Positions 52,201 to 60,330 of a DNA stretch of 64,000 bases are shown one piece after another. The notes under the pieces are model-generated. The model saw only the letters and a list, made by a program, of their open reading frames with translations. It was not told the origin of the DNA and did no database searches. Source of the stretch: a candidate division FCPU426 bacterium. Its GTDB lineage: Bacteria; Oederibacteriota; Muellerivitia; Muellerivitales; Muellerivitaceae. Both the position numbers and the translations under genes were made by a program. Each line of letters opens with the position of its first letter. Within the stretch, counting starts at the first letter, position 1. Location: contig CAWHOE010000006.1 in NCBI GenBank assembly GCA_963830915.1, positions 256,001-320,000 of the forward strand. Direction: 5' to 3'.

Positions 52201-52457
52201 AACCCCGAATCATTCGGTCTTTGGACTCTTAAAAAACCACCAGCGCCGGTCGAAGTGACGCAATCCGCGTACCATTTGTTATAAGCGGCGATGATATCGG
52301 CATTGTTATAAATGGAAGAATGAAACCCATAAGGATTATCCCGATTTTGAGGAAACGAAAAATTACCCGGTCCATAATTGGCGGCGGCAAACACAATTTG
52401 AGTGGAAGCCCAAATAATGAAGGCCAGATAGAAATGAGTTTTAAATTTAAAAAACAA
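49005..52457 (-). CDS. GH8 endoglucanase-like + two malectin domains + Thr stalk + conserved tail
   Basis: STVSEGIGYG, AATDADEDMA, NPSYFAP.YY, YDACRTP.R; malectin x2 (WLADQ..LYQTERW..F.E..RVF.V..LD). Confidence 0.92.
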   Translation of the reverse strand: MFFKFKTHFYLAFIIWASTQIVFAAANYGPGNFSFPQNRDNPYGFHSSIYNNADIIAAYNKWYADCVTSTGAGGFLRVQRPNDSGLNLNSTVSEGIGYGFVIAVYMNDENLFDNLWKYEQLHLDGNGLMNWYIDASGATDGSGAATDADEDMAWGLLMAAKQWGGSGTLGTPYLTLAINQINALYAHELNGGIPDGGDGFTPINPSYFAPGYYREFAATTGNNGWLSVAANCYTVLNGELSQGYGNASNGLDSAWCTSAGVSTDTNNSPWDYQYDACRTPFRTTEDYLWFGTASSQAYATKTSNFFSAIGAVSIVDGYQLNGTKDPQLPTLKVSQNPGFQSAAFVGPAGVGAMVSRTYQQYIDDTYSDLVGSKLLVGGTYYDESWTVMSLLMLSDNFLDYNLYSSPTPTPTLSAYAPLTIRVNNGGPQYADGVPQTWLADQEFTAGSWGYDATTTGSISTYTGQTIANTTNNQQTLYQTERWGNPIYHFTVPNGYYQVLFKFCENYWTKAGDRVFSVTAAGTPVITGLDVYAAAGGEHIAYDVPTTVVVTTGQLDIVFTSTTDTSQVNAIQVLRITTPPTPTATVAWTVTPTNTPTQPPPTPTATPTATFTATGTLPTATFTPSATPLYVNCAGPQYVSGSSGITWLADKAYVSGSWGYTAGTAYSSAGPISNTLDQTLYETERADTGVTYIFTLPNRVYDVTLKWAETNHTNTGQRVFNVVLNGTAVVSGLDIFAKSGGENVAYDQTYAVTVTSGTLELDETASVDKATIMAIAIVPIIPPTPTPTNSFTITPTLSPTSSPTPTSSKTPTASATWTFTATNSSTGTNTFTSTSTPSYTSTWTNTQTSTATATMTNTKTNTLTFTPTSTFTWSMTPTATFSPTKTPTGTLTPQPTNTPTGTSTWTWTATTSATNTKTGIPTETSTASNTATSTATATRTETATETPAMTSTSTYTPTSTYSFTVTSTGTLPPTLSFTPTSTWTKTFTTTWTPTYTFSPMLSFTPSFTFSRTFTTTATFTPTFSLTSTNTAVIPTATWTLTHTPTISMTPTFVLPTLTPTGSIIPVVYPNPTDGKNPVKIHFPYTFSGNVKVQIFTTAFRKVQDKTYFETPGLEISLELIDKKGIALSSGPYYVVINGIYGKSILKLLLLR
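49280..50118 (-). repeat. Thr/Ser-alternating stalk 6 (~280 aa)
   Basis: (T-x)n pattern; boundaries approximate. Confidence 0.9.
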
Positions 52458-52775
52458 TGAAGACGCCTTGAAAAAAATTTAAAACGATCGATCGACTAAA
52501 AACGATTCTTAAGATGAAAATATACTACCGTTCTTGAACTTTCTCCTTTGATTAGAGTGAAAATCGGGTTTCACGTTTTAATCTAATCGGACCATCAGCA
52601 CAGCACCTGCGGGGTTCTATAACGTATTTCCTCGGAACTTGCTGTTCATGAAAAATTTTCCATGTCCCATTCCCAAAAACTCTATTCCATTGAAAGCGAT
52701 ACCAATCAGTTGCACCTTCAAGCAGAAGGGATACAATTGCCCGACTCATTTCATATTTTGCTTCAGGAGAATGTT

Positions 52776-53483
52776 ATGTTCGAGAACGTTCTAATTACCG
52801 GATCAAGCCGAGGCATCGGCTTGGGACTTGTCAAAGTTTTCCTTTCTCAAGGGGACCATGTTTTCGCTGCCTGTCGCAGCCCTCAAGACTCAAAGGAACT
52901 CCAAACCTTGAAAAAGTCATACCCGGACTCTTTGGAATTGATTCAATTAAAGGTGGATTCGGATAGTTCCGTTCTTGCCGCCGCCAATGTTGTGGCCGCA
53001 AAAACGGACCATCTGGACATTCTCTTGAACAATGCCGGCATCTCCCCAGGGCAATCCATGGCCAAGTTGGAGGATGTGGATTTCAAGGATTGCAGGGACG
53101 CCTATGAAACCAACGCTCTTGGCCCCATGAGGGTCGCCCGAACATTCTTGCCGCTTCTTCATAAATCAAAAAAACCTCGGGTAGTGAACACGACCTCCGG
53201 GCTCGCTTCCCTTTCCGGCAAGAACAGTGGTGGATTTTACGCTTATGGTGCTTCCAAAGCGGCCTTGAACATGATCACCCGCACCATGGCCTTTGAATGG
53301 AAGGAAGATGGGATCATCGTGGTTTGCCTGGATCCGGGTTGGGTCAAGACCGATATGGGCGGGCCAAACGCCATGTTGACGATCGAAGAATCGACCTCGG
53401 CCATCACGAGGACTGTCAAAGGATTGACCCTGGAGAAGACCTCGCAATTCATCTATAACGATGGGAAATCCATCAACTGGTAA
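52776..53483 (+). CDS. SDR oxidoreductase (CsgA/C-factor-like)
   Basis: TGSSRGIG, NNAG, YGASKAALN, DPGWVKTDMGG; AGGAGA RBS before ATG 52776. Confidence 0.92.
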   Translation: MFENVLITGSSRGIGLGLVKVFLSQGDHVFAACRSPQDSKELQTLKKSYPDSLELIQLKVDSDSSVLAAANVVAAKTDHLDILLNNAGISPGQSMAKLEDVDFKDCRDAYETNALGPMRVARTFLPLLHKSKKPRVVNTTSGLASLSGKNSGGFYAYGASKAALNMITRTMAFEWKEDGIIVVCLDPGWVKTDMGGPNAMLTIEESTSAITRTVKGLTLEKTSQFIYNDGKSINW

Positions 53484-53495
53484 TAGGTCGCACCC

Positions 53496-54041
53496 TTAGA
53501 ACAAGGGGCCTCTCAGGTCGATCAATCCCTCGGGCCATGATTTTTCCCCTAGAGGTTTCACTCGAAGCGGTTGTTCGGTCGTTATTTTTATTATTTTATC
53601 GGATACATCTAAATAACGGTAAGGATTCGCTTCTGCCCGATAACCCCTTGACCCATAGATCTTTCCGTCCCCGAACAACACGGCGAATGGCACTCCCGAT
53701 ACACTCAGGAACTTTTCCACTTCATCAAGCATGAGATGAACAAAACCCCTTCCCCGGCACAAGGGATGAACCGCCACTTCGGCGATTCCGCCCACTCTTA
53801 CCTCGCCATATTCGGTCCCGAATAACTTGTCATGGACGGCGACCTGTGCCAATACCATTACTCCATCCTTTTGGATGAACCATCTATAGTGGGGTGTTTC
53901 CTTGAAATGTCTTTGGGATCGGTCAAGCCAATCGGGAGTGGCGGGGTAACAGACCGAAAGGAGTTCGATCAATTGCCGGTCAAGCGAAGGGGAAACATCT
54001 TTGTCCCAAACAAAGCTAACCTTGATCCCTTTCTCGGCCAA
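53496..54041 (-). CDS. GNAT N-acetyltransferase
   Basis: GGIAEVAVHP.CRGRG motif A; Y...GY. Confidence 0.85.
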   Translation of the reverse strand: MAEKGIKVSFVWDKDVSPSLDRQLIELLSVCYPATPDWLDRSQRHFKETPHYRWFIQKDGVMVLAQVAVHDKLFGTEYGEVRVGGIAEVAVHPLCRGRGFVHLMLDEVEKFLSVSGVPFAVLFGDGKIYGSRGYRAEANPYRYLDVSDKIIKITTEQPLRVKPLGEKSWPEGLIDLRGPLF

Positions 54042-54078
54042 AGAAGCTCTCCGTTCATTCGGTTAAGCGATTGAAATC

Positions 54079-57000
54079 TTAGCGTTTTTTCCTTTTGCGC
54101 TTGGTTGCGGCCTTTTTTGATTTAGCCTTCGGCTTGACCTTCAACCCTTCCTGTTGGGTCAGCCAAACCCGAGCCGCGTCCTCGATACTGGATGCCTTTG
54201 CCCAACGTACCGTTTCGTCCACCTCTTGGGACGAGAGTTGGGACTCCAACTGGGAAACAAGCCTGACCACCTTGTCCTTGGTCTGACGTCGGCAAGTCGG
54301 ATGGTTCACGGCCGCCACCAGATAAGCAAAAGCGTTCCGTTCATCCCCCATCATCTTCAGGTACTTGGCCAATGCCACCAAAAGATCGACGAGATGGGGG
54401 ATCGCTTTTGATTTTAGCGCTTTTTCGATGGCCTCCTTCAGAAGAACTTTGGATTTCTCTGGCTGTCCCATCTCGCAATAGACCTCGCTTAACAACGTCA
54501 GAGTGATCACCGTACCCATATAACCATTCGTCGCCCTGAAGTTCTTGAGGGCCTTTTCAAGTTTGACCCTTGCGTCTTCTGTTTTTCCTTCGGCGTAATC
54601 CACCGCCGCCAGATGATAGAAATGCCAAGAAGCGTTTACTGATTGGGCCCCTTCCTTGATTTGGATATTGTTGGCCTCCTCGTAGTTTTGCCTGGCCTCC
54701 TCATAACGATGCTCACAGACTGCCAAATTTCCCATCGTGGAAAGGGCCCGAGCTTGTCCTTTGGGGTCGCCCACTAACCGATAATAGTGCAGGCTTTTCT
54801 TGGCGTATTCCCATCCACCAGCATAATCCCCGATAGCCCAATCCAGTTCAGCCAAGAAATTGGTCGACCAACCAATGGCTCTTTTATCCCCGAATTCCTT
54901 GTGGAGATTCAGTCCTTCCTGGAACATTTGCTTGGCCCCGTTGAAATCCCCCAGGTCCATGATGTTTTTGCCCAGGTTTGTGAAGGACCAGGCCACACCC
55001 TTGCGATCATTGCTCCCGACGAAAGCGGAAAGGCCTTTCTGAGAATAACGCCTGGCCTGTTCGTATTCCCCCATCTCATGCAGAACATCGCCCATCAAAT
55101 TGTAGGAATTAGCCGCCCCGCCCAAATACCCGATGGCCTCATAATGCTTCATGGCCTCCTGGATGAAAATCTTGGCGTTCTCGAAATCGCCCCCATGGAT
55201 GGCGATATGTCCCAGATTGTTCAGGGCCCAGGCCATCCCGTTGCGGTCCTTGACCTTTCTATAAATATCGAAACTTTGCCGGTAGTAGCTCTTGGCTTCA
55301 TCATCCCGACCCAAAGCCTCCAGCACGATGGCCATGCCGCTCAAGGAAAAACCCATTTGTTTCCAAGCGTCCACCGATTTCAACAAACCCAAACTTTCCT
55401 CGAATATTTTTTTGGCCTCTTTTACATCCCCCATTCGTTGAAGTAACGCGGCCCATCGGGATAGCAGTTTACCCAGTAATATCATTGATGATTTAGGGGG
55501 CTTTCGGACCTCTCTTATCTTTTCCCTCAAGACCCTGGCCGCGTGTTGAAAAACCTCCATCCCTTCCTGGTACCATCCTTTGGTGTCATAGATGGTAAAG
55601 AGGCTGTCCAGGAAATCCTCTATTTGGCTTTCCATACGTTTTTCCACGGACCTGCGCCATCCCTCCCGGATATTCCCCATCTCACCGATGAGGGATTCCA
55701 TCACTTTCCCCTCGTTGGGACCGTAAAGTTCTTTCTCTTTTTCCCTCAAGAGGTCCGCTAAAAAAGCGCTATGGGCGTCCTGGATCCTTTCTTTCTCGGG
55801 AGGATCGTCGAATAGTTTTTCTTTGGCGAAATATTTCAGCAGGTCATGTAATTCATAAGTCCCATTGGCCCTTTGCCGCACAAGGGACTTCGCTTCCAAT
55901 TGGGGCCAAACGGAGGGAGGAACTCCTCCCACTTGGCTGGCCGCCTCGGGAGTGAACCCTCCCTTGAAACCGAAGCGGCTCGAAGGGCTTTCTTTTGAGC
56001 GTCGTTCAACAAGACCCAGGAATACTCGAAACCGCCCGCAAGCTTTGATGGCGGGCCGGAAGAAAAGGCATTTCCGACGCCACCAATCCGCGGTTTGCGT
56101 TGATCTTGTCCTCGATTTCCTGGATCGACATTTTCTTCACCCAGGCGGAGGACAACTCGATACCCAGGGGCATCCCTTCCATCGTTCGGCAAATACGGGC
56201 GATCTGTTTTTTTTCCGGATTGGAAGGGGCGAAGGATGGCAGCACGGACCTTCCATTGCGGATGAACAATTGAACCGCGCTGTATTTTTCAAGGTTCTCT
56301 GTTTCCTGTTCCGCCGGGCAGGGTAATCCCCTGACCTCGATGGCTTGTTCCCATTCCAACTGAAGTTTTTCGCGACTGGTCGCCAGGACCTTGATCCTCG
56401 GAGCGGCGGTCAGGATGTCCCTCACCAGTTCCGCCCCTTCTAGGACATGCTCGAAATTGTCCATTAGGATGAGCATCTCTTTGGTCGACAGGTATTCCAT
56501 CAGTTGTCTTTGGGAATCCTCCGTCCCGGTGAAGACAAATTTCAACGCATGGGCCAAACTTTCCACAAGAAGCCGTTCAGAACTCAAGGGCGCGAGTTCA
56601 ATGAAAAACACCCCGTTTTGGAATCGATCCACCACCTGACTGGCTACCTTTAACGAAAGCCTTGTTTTTCCGAAACCTCCCGGTCCGGCCAAGGTGATCA
56701 AGCGCGTGGTTGGCCGAAGGATGACCTCAGAAATAGTCGTGATCTCATCCTCGCGGCCATAGAAAGGGGTGGCCTGCGGGGGAAGGTTCTGGGGATAAGC
56801 CTGAAGTGATAGTACTGGAGGTTCTTCCAGCAGGTTGGAATTCTTTGGGCGAAGAGAAAAGATTTTCCCTGGCTCGGAAAGATCCCTCAAGGCATGGACT
56901 CCAAGATCTCTTAAGAAATATCCGACGGGAGCATGGATCTGATCGATCGCCTCCTGGGTCAGGAGTATCTGGCCTGGTTGAGCGGCTTTCAGGAGGGCGA

Positions 57001-57334
57001 TCACATGTTCGATCCCCGGCCCTCGATAATCATCGACTAAAAAATCGCTTTCGGCCAGATGAACGGCTGTCTTAAGCTCGGCCTTGCCGAACTTGTCCCA
57101 AATGAATTTCTCGAACTCTTTTTGGATCTCAAGGATGGCGGGAAGAGGGTTTCCTTTCTCAAAAACAGCCAGGACGCCCCAGGGGGTCCTTTTCATCCAA
57201 CTGACGTTGTGGTGGTAGAATTTTTCCTCGAGAAGGTAGTACTGGCTGGCCCGGGTATGTTGGGCTTCCTTGCTTTCCTTATCCTCGGCTAGGACAGGAT
57301 GCACGATTTCCGTGGCGACAAAGTTGGTCACCAA
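54079..57334 (-). CDS. STAND P-loop ATPase with degenerate cyclase-like N-terminus and TPR array (~1085 aa, frameshifts at ~56030 and ~55968)
   Basis: NLP..TPFYGR, GPGGFGKTRL, LMDNFEH, ATSRE, GMPLGIEL; restoring one T at each site gives RHQSLRAVFEYSW..SVFKGGFTPEAA, continuing into the TPR ORF 54079-55932. Confidence 0.85.
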
Positions 57335-57466
57335 ACTCTCCCGGGATTTTGATATTCAACCGGATTATTTTATCCCTAGTCCGTCGAAGTTCTAGGCGTG
57401 TTTAAGAGAAATAATGTAAACTTTGTCGACCCTGGTTGCTGCCGTGCCTTAATATAGTCGACAAAT

Positions 57467-57543
57467 GTGCCCATAGCTCAATTGGATAGAGCTTCTGACT
57501 TCGGATCAGAAGGTTGCAGGTTCAAGTCCTGCTGGGCACACCA
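57467..57543 (+). tRNA. tRNA-Arg (anticodon TCG)
   Basis: Acceptor stem GTGCCCA/TGGGCAC, D-arm GCTC..GAGC, anticodon arm TCTGA-CTTCGGA-TCAGA, T-loop GGTTCAAGTCC, encoded CCA. Confidence 0.97.
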
Positions 57544-57558
57544 TCCTTCATTTCTATT

Positions 57559-57581
57559 TGCGAAAAACATCGTTTTTCGCA
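57559..57581. promoter_or_regulatory. Perfect inverted repeat after the tRNA (terminator and/or operator)
   Basis: TGCGAAAAAC-ATC-GTTTTTCGCA; contains AAAAACGAT on the minus strand. Confidence 0.5.
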
Positions 57582-57672
57582 TGTATATAAAAAGGATGGT
57601 GTTGTGCCAATCTCCAATGATTCTTATAGAAGAATTGGTACACACCTCTTCCGAAAATACGGGAAACGCATA

Positions 57673-58981
57673 ATGCCCTCTCAAAAAAAACTCATCCTCC
57701 TTTTTCTCTTTGTATTCCTATTCCTCTTAGGATTCGGTCTTTGCCAATCCAAGTGGTGGGAAAAGGATGAGCTTCAGACCTACCTCATCGGACTCAAATG
57801 CTATACCACCCATACCTGGCCCTATTTCGGACCTGACCTTAACGGATCGGAGAATTCCTTTCAAAGCCAGAATCCCTGGTGCCCTGGAAGGGCTGATCAT
57901 CGGCTTACCCTTCTATATTCTTCCTATCCCCGAGACCCCCTATATCGTCTTGAGCCTTTTGACCGCGTTGGGTTCGGCCCTTTTAGCTTGGTACATCTGT
58001 CGGCGCATCCCCCGCCTTTCCTTCACATGGACTTTCCTTTGGATCGCCTCCACTCCCTGGATCCTCCATAAATGCGACCATATCATCAATCCCGCTTATG
58101 ACTTTTTGCCAAGCGTCATGTTTTTTATTGGTTTCATGGAATCCATACCTTATTTATCGACAAAACGGATTCCACTAGCATGGTGTAACGCCCTGATGGG
58201 GTTCTCTCTCTTTTGGATCATGCAATTTCATTTCTCTTATGTTTACTTGATCCCTCTCGCCGGCCTTTCATTACTGGTTCAAGTAAAAGAGGCGAAAAAT
58301 CCACGTTCTATTCTTTTCTTTATCGGTGGCGCTCTGCCTACCATCGCATTGATCATCCCTACCTTTGTGAAGTATGGCCTTTCCCGTTCCAATGTCGCTT
58401 CAGGTTTTACTGTTCCCTTCAACTGGTATAACGTCTCCGAGGGGCTTACCATCTTGGCCCGCTACTTTTCTCTGGTCTGTTACGAGCTTCCCCGATATAT
58501 CGGAACGTCTACCACGTCCCGTTTCGCTTTTCTCAATTCCCACCCCTGGCTCTGGCCATTCGGCTCTATCCTTTGGGTTGGAGGACTCATCCAGCCCTTC
58601 GTAATGCTTTTTGCCTGGTTTCAAAAGAAACATCAAATCCCAGGATGGACTGGGCTCAAAATTCTCATCTTGCTGATGTACCTGATGATCTGGGTCAGTT
58701 TCTGGTTCACGGTGAAACTTCCCCTTTCCCACATCTACCTGGTCCTTTATCCCTGGCTTATGCTCTATTCCTTTTATTGTTGGGCCATGTTCGCCGAGAA
58801 TGCCAAATGGAGACTGTTAGGAAAAGCCTTCGTCGTTATGGGGCTGCTATTTCAACTGGGTTATGCCTTGGCTGTCGCTCCCCAGGATTCCATCTATAAT
58901 CAGAGACCATTGGTGGCGAAAGCTCTTCAACAGCAGGATTATCGGGTCCTGTCCGAAAGACGCGAAGGCAGTTTGTATTGA
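57673..58981 (+). CDS. Polytopic membrane protein, GT-C (ArnT/PMT-like) candidate (~435 aa, frameshift at ~57871)
   Basis: MPSQKK..DELQTYLIGLK..WPYFGPD..SQ/IPGALEGL joins if one A is removed; colinear with the intact paralog 59020-60330. Confidence 0.75.
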
Positions 58982-59019
58982 TCTGCCGAACACTTCAGTA
59001 AATAAACCAAGGAACGCTC

Positions 59020-60330
59020 ATGTCCAACCAGGTGAAGTTCGTTCTCCTATTCCTTTTTCTAGTGGCTTTCCGTACGGCATTCGGGTTATCCCAGCCATTC
59101 TTCGCCGCGGATGAGGTTCAGACCTATCTCATCGGTTTGAAGTACTTCGCCACCGGCAATTGGCCTTATTTCGGTCCGGACCTCATCGTCACGGAAACGG
59201 GTTTTTACACCCAGATCCCCGGGGCCTTGGAAGGCCTGCTGATCGGCATTCCCTTTCATCTGTTGCCCATACCAGAGGCGCCGTTCTTGTTTCTCAACCT
59301 TATTTCGACCTCCGCCTTGGCCCTCTTGGCTTGGTATATCTCCCGCCGGGTCAAGAATATCCCCTTCTATTTCATTTTCTCTTGGCTGGCCCTTCTTCCC
59401 TGGAACCTGCATGAGTCAGCCAACACCATCAATCCCTCCTATCTTTTAGTTGGAGGAATCCTTTTCTTTCTGGGATTCTTTGAAACGCTCCCTGACCTCT
59501 CGTTGAATTGGCTTACACCGGGAATGGCTTTCGCCTTCATGGGATTCGGACTGTTTTGGAATATGCAATTCCACTATTCCTGGGTACTTTTGCCGCCTTT
59601 CATCGCCGCCGCTCTTTTCTGGCGATGGCGGCTGAAAAATCTTCGCCTAGCCCGATGCCTCATCGGCTTCGCTGTGGGTTCGGCTTTCCCCTTGGCATTC
59701 CTTCTTCCGACCCTATTCAAGTTCGGTTTTTCCCATGGCGCGTCTGGAATGGGTCTTTCCGTCGCCTTTAATTGGAAGAACTTCCTGGCTTTTTTTACGG
59801 TCTTGGCCCGTTTCTTTTCCCTTCCCTCTTTTGAATTGCCCCGTTTTATCGGCCCAGGGACCCAAGCCCGAATTGAGTTCTTCAAAGAAGCGCCCTGGCT
59901 CCTTGTCCCAGGCTTCTTCCTGGTCCTGGTAGGTTGGGTCCAACCCTTTTTCCTTTTGATCACTGGATTTTTCAGGGATGAACAACGACCCGAAGCATCC
60001 TCCATCCAACGTTGGACCCTCTTCACCCTCATCCTGGTTTGGGTCAGCTTTTGGTTCACTTCCAAACCGCCCCAGGCCCATATGTATTACATCGTCCTGC
60101 CCTTGCTATCGGTTTACTCCTTCTATATCTGGGGCCGGTTCGCCCCCAAGAAAACCTGGAGAGTCTTCGCCGTTATTTGCTTGGCCGCTAACCTCTGGTT
60201 CGAAGCGGGATATATGGTCGTGATGCTGAAAAAACAATCCCTTTACCTGGACCGAGCCAGGGTGGTCAAAGCCATCGACGAAAAGGATTACCGGATCCTG
60301 GGAGAACGCAGGCCAGGCAGCGTCAATTGA
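59020..60330 (+). CDS. Polytopic membrane protein, GT-C (ArnT/PMT-like) candidate
   Basis: TM1 followed by a DE motif (ADEVQTY), GP..IPG, INPSY, QFHYS, ~10 TM helices. Confidence 0.75.
   Translation: MSNQVKFVLLFLFLVAFRTAFGLSQPFFAADEVQTYLIGLKYFATGNWPYFGPDLIVTETGFYTQIPGALEGLLIGIPFHLLPIPEAPFLFLNLISTSALALLAWYISRRVKNIPFYFIFSWLALLPWNLHESANTINPSYLLVGGILFFLGFFETLPDLSLNWLTPGMAFAFMGFGLFWNMQFHYSWVLLPPFIAAALFWRWRLKNLRLARCLIGFAVGSAFPLAFLLPTLFKFGFSHGASGMGLSVAFNWKNFLAFFTVLARFFSLPSFELPRFIGPGTQARIEFFKEAPWLLVPGFFLVLVGWVQPFFLLITGFFRDEQRPEASSIQRWTLFTLILVWVSFWFTSKPPQAHMYYIVLPLLSVYSFYIWGRFAPKKTWRVFAVICLAANLWFEAGYMVVMLKKQSLYLDRARVVKAIDEKDYRILGERRPGSVN

Noticed and set aside
22005..52457. Classical cellulosome or Bacteroidota PUL
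   Set aside because: No dockerin calcium-loop duplications, scaffoldin, SLH domains or SusC/SusD in the window.
57467..57543. tRNA as prophage or island integration site
   Set aside because: No integrase and no duplicate of the tRNA 3' end noticed in the window.
57467..57684. 68-aa ORFs overlapping the tRNA on both strands
   Set aside because: Translations of the tRNA gene and spacer.
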